DNA of 26,238 nt from a virus (Duplodnaviria > Heunggongvirae > Uroviricota > Caudoviricetes), in IMG/VR virus record IMGVR_UViG_2728369593_000006. One strand, 5' to 3'. The notes under the pieces were generated by a model. The model was not told the DNA's origin and did not search any database. It was given only the letters and a program-made list of their open reading frames with translations. Below are positions 16,951-26,182 of this stretch, piece by piece; positions within the stretch are counted from its first letter, which is position 1; every line of letters starts with the position of its first letter. The translations under genes and the position numbers were made by a program.

Positions 16951-18909
16951 ATGCAGGCTGGTCACCAGAGTGACGCGGATATTTATATTTATGACGAGAT
17001 TGGTTTCTGGGGTGTTACAGCGAAGCAGTTTATCAGTGATCTGAATGCACTGGGCGATATCACCCACATTAATCTCCATATTAATTCACCGGGTGGCGAT
17101 GTCTTTGAAGGCATCGCCATTTTTAATGCGCTGAAAACACATGGTGCGTCCATTACCGTTTATGTCGACGGTGTGGCGGCGTCAATGGCGTCGGTCATTG
17201 CGATGGTGGGAAACCCGGTCATTATGCCGGAAAACACCTTCATGATGATTCATAAACCATTTGGCTTTACGGGCGGTGATGCGGAGGACATGCGCACCTA
17301 TGCCGACCTGCTCGATAAGGTTGAGGCGGTTCTGTTACCCGCTTATGCACAGAAAACCGGGAAAACCACCGATGAAATTGCTGCCATGCTGGCGGATGAG
17401 ACCTGGATGTCCGGTGCCGAATGTCTGGCACAGGGATTTGCTGATCAGGTAACGCCAGCCGTTAAGGCAATGGCATGTATTCAGTCAAAACGTACAGAGG
17501 AATTTAAAAAGATGCCGGAATCCATTCGAAACATGATTACTCCGCCACGCAACAGTGCTCCACGCGTACAGGATGATGAACCTGCAGCCTCCCGGACGCC
17601 AGTGCAGGCAGCAGCACCCGTGGTGGATGAAAACAGTATCCGTGCGCAGGTACTGGCAGAGCAAAAAGCGCGTGTAAACGGTATTAATGATCTGTTTGCC
17701 ATGTTTGGCGGGCGTTATCAGACGCTGCAGGCTCAGTGTCTTGCCGATCCTGAATGTTCGCTGGAGCAGGCCCGCGAAAAGTTGTTGAACGAGATGGGGC
17801 GCGAGTCCACGCCATCCAATAAAAATACCCCGGCTCATATTTATGCCGGTAACGGTAATTTTGTGGGGGACGGGATCCGCCAGGCGCTGATGGCGCGTGC
17901 CGGATTTGAAAAAACCGAACGTGATAATGTCTACAACGGGATGACCCTGCGTGAATATGCCCGTATGTCACTGACTGAACGGGGTATTGGGGTTTCCAGT
18001 TATAACCCGATGCAGATGGTCGGTGCGGCGTTCACACACAGTACGTCTGACTTCGGTAATATTCTGCTGGATGTTGCGAACAAAGCCATTCTGCAGGGCT
18101 GGGAAGATGCCCCTGAAACCTATGAACAGTGGACGCGGAAAGGTCAGTTGTCTGATTTTAAAATTGCCCATCGTGTGGGTATGGGGGGCTTCAGTGCTCT
18201 GCGTCAGGTGCGTGAAGGGGCGGAATATAAATACGTCACCACCGGAGATAAACAGGCCACTATTGCACTGGCGACCTATGGCGAGCTGTTCAGTATCACC
18301 CGTCAGGCCATTATCAATGATGATCTGAATATGCTGACCGATGTCCCGATGAAACTGGGCCGTGCGGCGAAATCCACTATTGCCGATCTGGTTTATGCCA
18401 TTCTGACGTCTAACCCGAAAATCTCCACAGATAATGTAAGTCTGTTCGATAAAGCGAAACATGCAAACGTACTGGAGAGCGCTGCAATGGACGTGGCATC
18501 GCTGGATAAAGCCCGCCAGTTGATGCGCGTTCAGAAAGAGGGGGAGCGTCATCTGAATATTCGTCCTGCGTTCGTACTGGTACCGACGGCGATGGAGTCT
18601 GTTGCTAACCAGGTCATTCGCTCCTCAAGTGTCAAGGGGGCTGACATTAACGCCGGTATTATTAACCCGGTGAAAGATTTTGCGACCGTTATTGCAGAGC
18701 CTCGTCTTGATGATAACAGCCAGACCACCTTCTACCTGGCTGCGTCCAAAGGCTCCGATACGATTGAAGTGGCTTATCTCAACGGTGTGGATACGCCATA
18801 TATTGATCAGATGGAGGGCTTCAGTGTGGATGGCGTGACAACGAAAGTGCGTATTGACGCCGGTGTCGCGCCAGTTGATCACCGCGGTCTGGTGAAATGT
18901 ACGGCGTAA
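16951..18909 (+). CDS. Prohead protease (ClpP/S14-like) fused to the major capsid protein in a single ORF
   Basis: N-terminal ClpP-like region (IYIYDEIGFWGVTAKQFISDL...INSPGGDVFEGIAIFNAL...MASVIAMVGNPV); long uninterrupted ORF to 18909 in the capsid position; in frame from ATG 16951. Confidence 0.7.
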   Translation: MQAGHQSDADIYIYDEIGFWGVTAKQFISDLNALGDITHINLHINSPGGDVFEGIAIFNALKTHGASITVYVDGVAASMASVIAMVGNPVIMPENTFMMIHKPFGFTGGDAEDMRTYADLLDKVEAVLLPAYAQKTGKTTDEIAAMLADETWMSGAECLAQGFADQVTPAVKAMACIQSKRTEEFKKMPESIRNMITPPRNSAPRVQDDEPAASRTPVQAAAPVVDENSIRAQVLAEQKARVNGINDLFAMFGGRYQTLQAQCLADPECSLEQAREKLLNEMGRESTPSNKNTPAHIYAGNGNFVGDGIRQALMARAGFEKTERDNVYNGMTLREYARMSLTERGIGVSSYNPMQMVGAAFTHSTSDFGNILLDVANKAILQGWEDAPETYEQWTRKGQLSDFKIAHRVGMGGFSALRQVREGAEYKYVTTGDKQATIALATYGELFSITRQAIINDDLNMLTDVPMKLGRAAKSTIADLVYAILTSNPKISTDNVSLFDKAKHANVLESAAMDVASLDKARQLMRVQKEGERHLNIRPAFVLVPTAMESVANQVIRSSSVKGADINAGIINPVKDFATVIAEPRLDDNSQTTFYLAASKGSDTIEVAYLNGVDTPYIDQMEGFSVDGVTTKVRIDAGVAPVDHRGLVKCTA

Positions 18910-18933
18910 ACGTCGCAGACAACAACTCTGATG

Positions 18934-18952
18934 GCCCGTAAGGGCTTTTTTT
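18934..18952 (+). terminator. Weak terminator-like hairpin plus T7 run downstream of the capsid gene (possible intra-operon attenuator)
   Basis: GCCC-GTAA-GGGC stem-loop followed by TTTTTTT; stem is only 4-5 bp. Confidence 0.35.
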
Positions 18953-18995
18953 GTACCTGAAATCAGCCCCTGAACGGGGCTGTGCGGAGACAGTT

Positions 18996-19319
18996 ATGGC
19001 AAAGAATTTTGTAGAAGAAGGAAAAACGGTGGCGATTGTTGCCAGTGCAGCCATCAGCAGCGGAGATCTGGTGCAGGTGGGTGATGTTTTTGCGGTGGCG
19101 CTGACCGATATTCCACAGGGTGAAACAGGCGACGGCATGACCGAAGGTGTGTTTATCCTGCCTAAGCTGAAAACGGATGACATGAAAACGGGTAAGAAGG
19201 TTTATCTGAAGTCCGGAAAAGTTCAGCTGACTAACAGCGGCTCTGATCCGCTGGTCGGGGTTGTCTGGGCAGATGCCGGAACCAGTGCAGAAGAAGTGCC
19301 GGTAAAACTCAATGTCTGA
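18996..19319 (+). CDS. Small head-associated protein (DUF2190-like; possible decoration or connector protein)
   Basis: 107 aa directly after the capsid gene; family recalled from memory. Confidence 0.45.
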   Translation: MAKNFVEEGKTVAIVASAAISSGDLVQVGDVFAVALTDIPQGETGDGMTEGVFILPKLKTDDMKTGKKVYLKSGKVQLTNSGSDPLVGVVWADAGTSAEEVPVKLNV

Positions 19320-19587
19320 TCCCTTTTCTCGGCTGGCAGCGCGTATGGATGCGATCACGGTCAGAAAGATGGGAAAGACAGCCTCGATTAATGATGTCGA
19401 TATGGCTGTGATCCCGGGCGAAACACTGGCAGAGCTGAATGCTCTGTCCGGACCTGCTGTCTCTCTGGTGGTGTTTTCTTTGGGATACCGCCCACGGCGC
19501 GGGGATCGCGTTGTTTATGACGGACAACATTGGACGGTCACACGGCATGAACGCTTTAACGGTAAGCCAATGATCTTTATTGAGTAA
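19312..19587 (+). CDS. Head-tail joining protein (lambda FII-like)
   Basis: 91 aa; N-terminal MSDPFSRLAARMDA and C-terminal RRGDRVVYDGQHW parallel lambda FII (MADFDNLFDAAIARADE ... RRGDTLTIGEENFW) as recalled. Confidence 0.5.
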   Translation: MSDPFSRLAARMDAITVRKMGKTASINDVDMAVIPGETLAELNALSGPAVSLVVFSLGYRPRRGDRVVYDGQHWTVTRHERFNGKPMIFIE

Positions 19588-19598
19588 AGAGGTGTGGG

Positions 19599-20177
19599 AT
19601 GAAGGGGCTTGAGAATGCCATCCGCAATCTGAACAGCCTTGATACCCGTATGGTGCCACAGGCCAGCGCATGGGCGATAAACCGTGTGGCACAGAAAGCG
19701 GTCTCGGTTGCCACCCGGCAGGTTGCCGGGAATACCGTTGCGGGAGATAACCAGGTGAAAGGGATACCCCTGAAACTGGTACGTCAGCGTGTCCGGGTGT
19801 TTAAAGCCAGTCCGTCAGGAAAAATGACGGCCAGGATCCGCGTCAACCGGGGCAATCTGCCCGCCATTAAGCTGGGGACAGCCCGGGTCAGACTGGCCCG
19901 GCGTGGTGGAAAACTGCAGTACCGTGGCAGTGTGCTGAAGGTGGGTAAATATCTTTTCCGGGATGCGTTTATTCAGCAACTGGCGAATGGTCGCTGGCAT
20001 GTGATGCGGCGTATTGATGGCAAAAATCGTTACCCCATTGATGTGGTGAAAATCCCGTTGTCCGGACCGCTGACACAGGCATTTGAAGATGCCCGCGACC
20101 GCATCATTGCTGCGGAAATGCCGAAACAGTTGGGTTATGCACTGAAACAACAACTGAGGTTATGGCTGACCCGATGA
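19599..20177 (+). CDS. Z: Tail completion protein Z
   Basis: 192 aa; strong match to lambda gpZ (…FIQQLANGRWHVMRRIDGKNRYPIDVVKIPL…LGYALKQQLR). Confidence 0.75.
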   Translation: MKGLENAIRNLNSLDTRMVPQASAWAINRVAQKAVSVATRQVAGNTVAGDNQVKGIPLKLVRQRVRVFKASPSGKMTARIRVNRGNLPAIKLGTARVRLARRGGKLQYRGSVLKVGKYLFRDAFIQQLANGRWHVMRRIDGKNRYPIDVVKIPLSGPLTQAFEDARDRIIAAEMPKQLGYALKQQLRLWLTR

Positions 20178-20575
20178 ACCGACATACACAAATCCGCCAG
20201 GTCGTACTGGCACGCCTTCGGGAACAGTGTGGAGACAGCGCCACGTTTTTTGACGGGCTTCCGGCATTTGTTGATGCGCAGGAACTGCCTGCCGTGTCGG
20301 TGTGGCTGAGTGATGCTCAGTACACCGGAAAAATGACGGATGAAGATGACTGGCAGGCTGTTCTGCATATTGCTGTCTTCATCCGGGCACAAGCACCGGA
20401 TTCAGAGCTGGATATGTGGATGGAGAGCACCATTTTCCCGGCCCTGAATGATGTACCGGCACTTTCCGGACTCATCGACACCCTGATCCCACTCGGTTTT
20501 AACTATCAACGTGATAATGAGATGGCCACCTGGGCGATGGCGGAAATCACGTACCAGATCACGTACACGAATTAA
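20174..20575 (+). CDS. U: Tail terminator protein U
   Basis: Matches lambda gpU (ATFFDG...PAVSVWL...YTG...QAVLHI...PDSELDMWMES...ITYQITY); ATG 20174 overlaps the Z stop (ORF track start 20162). Confidence 0.75.
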   Translation: MNRHTQIRQVVLARLREQCGDSATFFDGLPAFVDAQELPAVSVWLSDAQYTGKMTDEDDWQAVLHIAVFIRAQAPDSELDMWMESTIFPALNDVPALSGLIDTLIPLGFNYQRDNEMATWAMAEITYQITYTN

Positions 20576-20585
20576 GGAGGTGGTA

Positions 20586-21329
20586 ATGACCACACCAAAT
20601 CCACTGGCAAAAACGAAAGGTGCGGGAACGACGTTCTGGATGTATACCGGCAACGGCGACGCATTTGCGAACCCTTTGTCGGACACTGACTGGCTGCGTC
20701 TTGCGATGGTGAAGGATCTGCAACCTGGCGAAATGACCGCTGATGCAGAAGATGACACTTATCTCGATGATGAAGATGCAGACTGGAAAACGACAACCCA
20801 GGGGCAGAAATCCGTTGGTGATACTTCGGCGACGCTGGCCTGGCGTCCGGGTGACAGCGGGCAGAAAAAACTGGTTCAGTTGTTCGACTCCGGTGAAGTC
20901 TGCGCGTTTCGTATCAAATATCCCAACGGCACTGTTGATGTTTTCCGTGGCTGGCTGAGCTCACTGGGTAAAACCATTGCCTCAAAAGACGTGATGACCC
21001 GCACAGTGAAAATCAGCGGTGTGGGGCGTCCGTATCTGGCAGAGGAAGGCACTGAAACCGTGGGCGTTACCGGGCTGACGGTGGCACCGGCATCTGCCAG
21101 TGTAAAAGTGGGAGCAACCACCACGCTGACCTTTACAGTAAAACCTGACGGAGCCAGTGACAAAGCGATCAGTGTGCATTCGACAGATCCACAGACTGCC
21201 ACGGTGACCCTGAACGGGCTTGTGGCCACGGTGAAAGGCGTGAAGCAGGGCAGTGTCAGCATTGTGGGCATGACTTCTGACGGCGATTTTGTGGCAGTGG
21301 CTACGGTGGCTGTCAGCGCCGCAGGTTAA
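20586..21329 (+). CDS. V: Major tail protein V with C-terminal Ig-like domain
   Basis: AAGGAGG RBS 6 nt upstream of ATG 20586; about 247 aa; Thr/Val-rich Ig-like C-terminus as in lambda gpV. Confidence 0.8.
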   Translation: MTTPNPLAKTKGAGTTFWMYTGNGDAFANPLSDTDWLRLAMVKDLQPGEMTADAEDDTYLDDEDADWKTTTQGQKSVGDTSATLAWRPGDSGQKKLVQLFDSGEVCAFRIKYPNGTVDVFRGWLSSLGKTIASKDVMTRTVKISGVGRPYLAEEGTETVGVTGLTVAPASASVKVGATTTLTFTVKPDGASDKAISVHSTDPQTATVTLNGLVATVKGVKQGSVSIVGMTSDGDFVAVATVAVSAAG

Positions 21330-21386
21330 CAGGACGATACTCATCATTTGCCCCGGTTATCCGGGGCTTTTTTTCAGGTGGAGAAC

Positions 21387-21776
21387 ATGATGTTTCTGAA
21401 ACAGGGCACGTTTAATTATGAAAAGCAGTCCGTGGTGCTCAGTGAGCTGTCCGGGCTGCAGAGAATTGAATATCTGGCGTTTGTTCAGCAGCGAACGGCA
21501 AAGTTTGATGCCGAAGAGGGAGAACTGCCGGAGGCTGAACGACAGATTGCTTTTCTGCGGATGGGGATGGATATCAATGCCTGGCTGGTTTCCCGCTCAC
21601 TGTGGAATGCGGATCAGTCTAAGGATGTAGAGACGCTTTGCGCATCCGTTATTACAACATGGTCGTATGATGCCCTGGGTGCGGGGGCGGAGATGGTTCT
21701 GTCGCTGAGCGGTATGGGGACCATTGATAATGCCGGGGATGATGAGCATGAGGCGCTGACGCCGGAAAAGTCCTGA
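21387..21776 (+). CDS. G: Tail assembly chaperone G
   Basis: MMFLKQGTFNYEKQSVVLSELSGLQRIEYLAF... parallels lambda gpG (MFLKTESFEHNGVTVTLSELSALQRIEHLAL...); AGGTGGAG RBS. Confidence 0.7.
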   Translation: MMFLKQGTFNYEKQSVVLSELSGLQRIEYLAFVQQRTAKFDAEEGELPEAERQIAFLRMGMDINAWLVSRSLWNADQSKDVETLCASVITTWSYDALGAGAEMVLSLSGMGTIDNAGDDEHEALTPEKS

Positions 21777-21784
21777 CGCGGGAA

Positions 21785-22114
21785 ATGCAGTTTGTCATGC
21801 GGCTTGCCCGGGAGTTCCGGCGGGCAGACTGGCGGCGGATGCTGTCGGAAATGTCGGCCACTGAGCTTGGTGAGTGGGGCGATTATTTCCGGATGCAGAG
21901 CTTCAGTGATGTGTGGATGGATGCGCAGTTTGCCTCGCTGAAGGCATTGATCGTGAGAATGGTGTCCGGCAGCAGTGATGCTGCGGTGGCTGATTTCAGC
22001 CTTTTACCGGAAGAGAACGGGATACCGGAGCGAACGGACGAAGAACTGATGCATCTTGGGGAAGGTATTTCCGGAGGTGTGCGTTATGGACCAGATAGCC
22101 AACCTGGTCATTGA
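21785..22114 (+). CDS. T: Tail assembly chaperone T-like ORF in the -1 frame relative to G (probably made as a G-T fusion by programmed frameshifting)
   Basis: ORF in the -1 frame, open from 21752 and overlapping the end of G; A-rich heptamer GGAAAAG (21764-21770) precedes the G stop; arrangement conserved between G and H in lambda-like phages. Confidence 0.55.
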   Translation: MQFVMRLAREFRRADWRRMLSEMSATELGEWGDYFRMQSFSDVWMDAQFASLKALIVRMVSGSSDAAVADFSLLPEENGIPERTDEELMHLGEGISGGVRYGPDSQPGH

Positions 22115-25100
22115 TTTGGGGATTGATGCGGCAGAGTTTAAAAATGAAATCCCCCGTATCAAAAACCTTCTGAATGGTGCAGCCAGCGATGCAGAACGGT
22201 CTTCTGCCCGTATGCAGCGTTTTATGGAGCGTCAGACTCAGGCCGCCCGGCAGACAACGCAGGCGGCTTCTTCGGCTGCAACAGCCGCATCCGTCCATGC
22301 GCAGACGGTGGAGAAGAACGCACAGGCTCATGAACGCATGGCCCGCGAGGTGGAGAAAACCCGCCAGCGCATGGAGGCGCTGAGCCAGAAAATGCGCGAG
22401 GAACAGGCGCAGGCCATGGCTCTGGCGGAGGCTCAGGATAAAGCGGCTGCTGCGTTTTATCGTCAGATTGACAGTGTGAAACAGGCCAGTGCGGGGCTGC
22501 AGGAATTACAGCGTATTCAGCAGCAGATCCGACAGGCCAGAAACAGTGGCGGGATTGGTCAGCAGGATTATCTGGCGCTGATTTCTGAGGTTACGGCGAA
22601 AACCCGTGTTCTTACACAGGCTGAGGAAGAGGGTACCCGACAGAAAGTGGCGTTTATCCGTCAGCTTAAAGAGCAGGCAACCCGCCAGAATCTTTCATCT
22701 TCTGAGTTGCTTCGTGCTAAGGCTGCCCAGCTGGGGGTAAGCAGTGCTGCAGAAGTGTATATCCGCAAAATGGAGCAGGCAGGAAAAGCCACGCATTCGC
22801 TGGGTCTGAAAAGTGCAGCGGCCCGCCAGGAGATAGGCGTTCTGATAGGTGAACTGGCCCGCGGCAATTTAGGGGCGCTGAGGGGATCCGGGATAACGCT
22901 GGCTAACCGTGCCGGATGGATAGACACACTGATGTCACCGAAAGGCATGATGCTGGGCGGGGTTATTGGCGGTATTGCCGCAGCTGTCTATGGTCTGGGT
23001 AAAGCCTGGTATGACGGTCAGAAGGAGGGGGAAGAATTTAACCGCCAGCTGTCGCTGACGGGGCATTATGCCGGAGTCACTGCCGGGCAGCTGTGGACGC
23101 TCAGTCGTGCTATTTCCGGGAATGGTATCACGCAACATGCTGCAGCCGGTGCGCTGGCTCAGGTGGTGGGGAGTGGTGCATTTCGTGGAAACGATATCGG
23201 TATGGTGGCGAGAGCTGCCGCACAGATGGAGCGATCGGTTGGCCAGTCGGTCAGCGATACCATAAGTCAGTTTAAGCGGCTGAAGGATGATCCTGTAAAT
23301 GCCGCGAAGGCTCTGGACAATGAGCTGCATTTTCTTACTGCCACTCAGCTTGAGCAGATACGCGTCCTTGGGGAACAGGGGCGGTCCAGTGATGCGGCAC
23401 GGATAGCCATGTCTGCACTGGCAGAGGAAACCGGTCGGCGTACTGCGGATATTGATAATAACCTCAATGCGCTGGGCAGTACGCTGAAGTATCTGTCTGA
23501 TTTATGGAGTCGTTTCTGGGATGCGGCCATGAATATTGGTCGTGAAGACTCGCTGGATGAACAGATTTCCGCTTTACAGGAGAAAGTGTCGCGGGCGAAA
23601 AGACTCCCCTGGACGGCATCATCTTCTCAGGTTGAGTACGATCAGCAGCGTCTTAACGAGCTTCAGGAAAAAAAACGCCAGAAGGATTTGCAGGATGCAA
23701 AAGAGCAGGCAGAGCGGAATTATCAGGAGCAACAGAAACGCCGTAATGCTGAAAATGCTGCACTGAACCGGATGAATGAAACGGAAGCAGCACGACATCA
23801 GCGTGAAATTGCGCGTATTAATGCCATGCAGTACGCCGATCAGACTGTCAGGGATGCGGCGATACAACGTGAAAATGAACGTTACGAGAAAGCCCTGGCA
23901 TCCGGTAAGAAAAAAACACGCGAAACCCGTAATGATGAGGCCACCCGGTTATTGCTGCAGTACAGTCAGCAACAGGCACAGGTGGAAGGACAGATTGCTG
24001 CTGCCAGACAGTCAGCAGGCATTGCCACGGAAAGGATGACAGAAGCGCATAAACAGCTTCTGGCTCTGCAGCAGCGCATCAGCGACCTGGACGGGAAAAA
24101 ACTGACGGCAGATGAAAAGAGTGTGCTGGCCCGTAAAGATGAACTGATTCAGGCACTGACGCTGCTGGATGTAAAACAGCAGGAGCTTCAGAAACAGACG
24201 GCACTCAACGAGCTGAAGAAAAAAACAATTCAGCTGACCAGTCAACTGGCTGAAGAAGAGCGTGCTCAGCGTCAACAACATAATCTGGATATCGCCACGG
24301 TGGGTATGGGTGATCAGCAGCGGCAGCGATATCAGGTACAACTGAGTCTTCGTCAGAAATACCAGCAACAGCTGGAGCAGTTGAGGCGGGATAGTGAGCA
24401 GAAAGGGACATATAACACGGATGACTACAGAAAGGCCGAGCAGGCGCTGACGGAGAGCCTGAACCGACAACTGAATGAGAATCGCCGTTACTGGCAACAG
24501 CTTGAAATTGCTCAGGGTAACTGGAAAAACGGAGTCCTGCGTGCACTCCAGAATGTCACTGAGAATGCGGATAACACAGCCTGGACAGTGGAACAGTTGT
24601 TCACGTCTGCGTTCAGTAGCATGAGTGACTGGCTGGCGACATTCTGTACTACAGGCAAACTCAATTTCAAATCTTTTACTTCTTCTGTGCTGTCAGATAT
24701 GTCCAGAATCATGGCTCAGATAGCTTTAATGAAAGCGGTAAAAGGCATTGCTTCCGCGCTGCCTTTTGATTTTGTAGCCAATGCTGATGGCGGTGTTTAT
24801 CAGTCGGCTGATTTGAGTCGCTACAGTGGCACGGTGGTTAACCGTCCGACGTTTTTTGCTTTTGCAAAAGGCGCGGGTGTGATGGGGGAAGCGGGACCTG
24901 AAGCCATTCTGCCATTGCGTCGTGGTGCTGACGGTAAGCTGGGGGTTGTGGCGGATATTGGGGGTTCAGGTATGGCGATGTTTTCCCCGCAGTACAACAT
25001 CGAGATCAATAACGATGGCACGAACGGGCAGATAGGTCCGGCTGCCCTGAAGGCGGTTTATGACCTCGGGAAAAAAGCGGCAGCGGACTTTATGCAACAG

Positions 25101-25142
25101 CAGGCCCGTGATGGTGGTCGGTTAAGTGGAGCATATCGGTAA
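22086..25142 (+). CDS. H: Tail tape measure protein H
   Basis: About 1018 aa, Ala/Gln/Arg-rich coiled-coil character, positioned between G-T and M; GGAGG RBS before ATG 22086. Confidence 0.85.
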   Translation: MDQIANLVIDLGIDAAEFKNEIPRIKNLLNGAASDAERSSARMQRFMERQTQAARQTTQAASSAATAASVHAQTVEKNAQAHERMAREVEKTRQRMEALSQKMREEQAQAMALAEAQDKAAAAFYRQIDSVKQASAGLQELQRIQQQIRQARNSGGIGQQDYLALISEVTAKTRVLTQAEEEGTRQKVAFIRQLKEQATRQNLSSSELLRAKAAQLGVSSAAEVYIRKMEQAGKATHSLGLKSAAARQEIGVLIGELARGNLGALRGSGITLANRAGWIDTLMSPKGMMLGGVIGGIAAAVYGLGKAWYDGQKEGEEFNRQLSLTGHYAGVTAGQLWTLSRAISGNGITQHAAAGALAQVVGSGAFRGNDIGMVARAAAQMERSVGQSVSDTISQFKRLKDDPVNAAKALDNELHFLTATQLEQIRVLGEQGRSSDAARIAMSALAEETGRRTADIDNNLNALGSTLKYLSDLWSRFWDAAMNIGREDSLDEQISALQEKVSRAKRLPWTASSSQVEYDQQRLNELQEKKRQKDLQDAKEQAERNYQEQQKRRNAENAALNRMNETEAARHQREIARINAMQYADQTVRDAAIQRENERYEKALASGKKKTRETRNDEATRLLLQYSQQQAQVEGQIAAARQSAGIATERMTEAHKQLLALQQRISDLDGKKLTADEKSVLARKDELIQALTLLDVKQQELQKQTALNELKKKTIQLTSQLAEEERAQRQQHNLDIATVGMGDQQRQRYQVQLSLRQKYQQQLEQLRRDSEQKGTYNTDDYRKAEQALTESLNRQLNENRRYWQQLEIAQGNWKNGVLRALQNVTENADNTAWTVEQLFTSAFSSMSDWLATFCTTGKLNFKSFTSSVLSDMSRIMAQIALMKAVKGIASALPFDFVANADGGVYQSADLSRYSGTVVNRPTFFAFAKGAGVMGEAGPEAILPLRRGADGKLGVVADIGGSGMAMFSPQYNIEINNDGTNGQIGPAALKAVYDLGKKAAADFMQQQARDGGRLSGAYR

Positions 25143-25471
25143 TGGAGACGTTTCACTGGAAAGTGCGCCCGGATATGAATGTGGTATCAGAGCCGAAAGT
25201 GGTGACAGTGAAGCTGGGCGATGGTTATGAACAGCGTCGTGCGGCGGGACTGAATAACCAGTTGTCGACTTACAGCGTGACGATACGTGTTCGTAAATGT
25301 GAACACCCATCTTTAAAAGCCTTTCTGGAACGGCACGGTGGCGTCCGCGCATTTCAGTGGACGCCACCTTATGACTGGAAACCGATTAGGGTGGTTTGTC
25401 GTAAATGGTCGGCAAGCGTGGGGGCGCTGTGGGTAACCATAACGGCAGATTTTGAACAGGTCGTGGCATAG
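25142..25471 (+). CDS. M: Minor tail protein M
   Basis: 109 aa, same length as lambda gpM with conserved GDGY, HGG and WTPPY motifs. Confidence 0.8.
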   Translation: METFHWKVRPDMNVVSEPKVVTVKLGDGYEQRRAAGLNNQLSTYSVTIRVRKCEHPSLKAFLERHGGVRAFQWTPPYDWKPIRVVCRKWSASVGALWVTITADFEQVVA

Positions 25472-25480
25472 GAGGCTCTG

Positions 25481-26178
25481 ATGCAGGATATTCCACAGGA
25501 AACACATCATGAGACGACACGCCTCACTCAGTCAGCCCAGGTGGTGCTCTGGGAAATCGATCTGACAGAGGTCGGTGGTGAACGTTATTTTTCTGTAATG
25601 AGCAGAACGAAAAAGGTGAGCCGGTTACCTGGCAGGGGCGGCAGTATCAGGCATACCCCATTCAGGGGACAGGATTTGAACTGAACGGCAAGGGCAGTGC
25701 TGCCCGTCCGACACTGACGGTTTCTAACCTGCACGGCATGGTCACGGGGATGGCGGAAGACCTGCAGAGTCTGGTCGGCGGAACGGTGGTCAGGCGTAAG
25801 GTTTACGCCCGTTTTCTGGATGCGGTGAACTTCGTCAACGGAAACAGCGACGCCGATCCGGAGCAGGAGGTGATCAGCCGCTGGCGCATCGAGCAGTGCA
25901 GCGAACTGAGTGCGGTCAGTGCCTCCTTTGTGTTGTCCACACCGACGGAAACGGATGGTGCTGTTTTTCCGGGGCGTATCATGCTGGCCAACACCTGCAC
26001 CTGGACCTATCGCGGTGATGAGTGTGGTTATCACGGTCCGGCTGTCGCGGATGAATATGACCAGCCGACGTCCGATATCACGAAGGATAAATGCAGCAAA
26101 TGCCTGAGCGGCTGTAAGTTTCGCAATAACGTCGGCAACTTTGGCGGCTTCCTTTCCATTAACAAACTTTCGCAGTAA
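25481..26178 (+). pseudogene. L: Minor tail protein L, interrupted by a 1-bp deletion in a T-run at 25588-25592
   Basis: N-terminal ORF (25481..25684) matches lambda gpL through ...VVLWEIDLTEVGGERYF then goes out of frame; the downstream ORF (..26178) matches lambda gpL almost residue for residue (MVTGMAEDLQSLVGGTVVRRKVYARFLDAVNFVNGNS...FGGFLSINKLSQ); restoring TTTTTT for TTTTT gives an intact 232-aa L. Confidence 0.8.
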
Positions 26179-26182
26179 TCCC

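Noticed and set aside
17485-18552. Antisense ORFs inside the capsid gene (17485..17838, 17684..17971, 17968..18552), and similar ones inside the tape measure gene (e.g. 24012..24497)
   Set aside because: Fully embedded antisense within long, well-supported structural genes; no RBS or recognisable domains.
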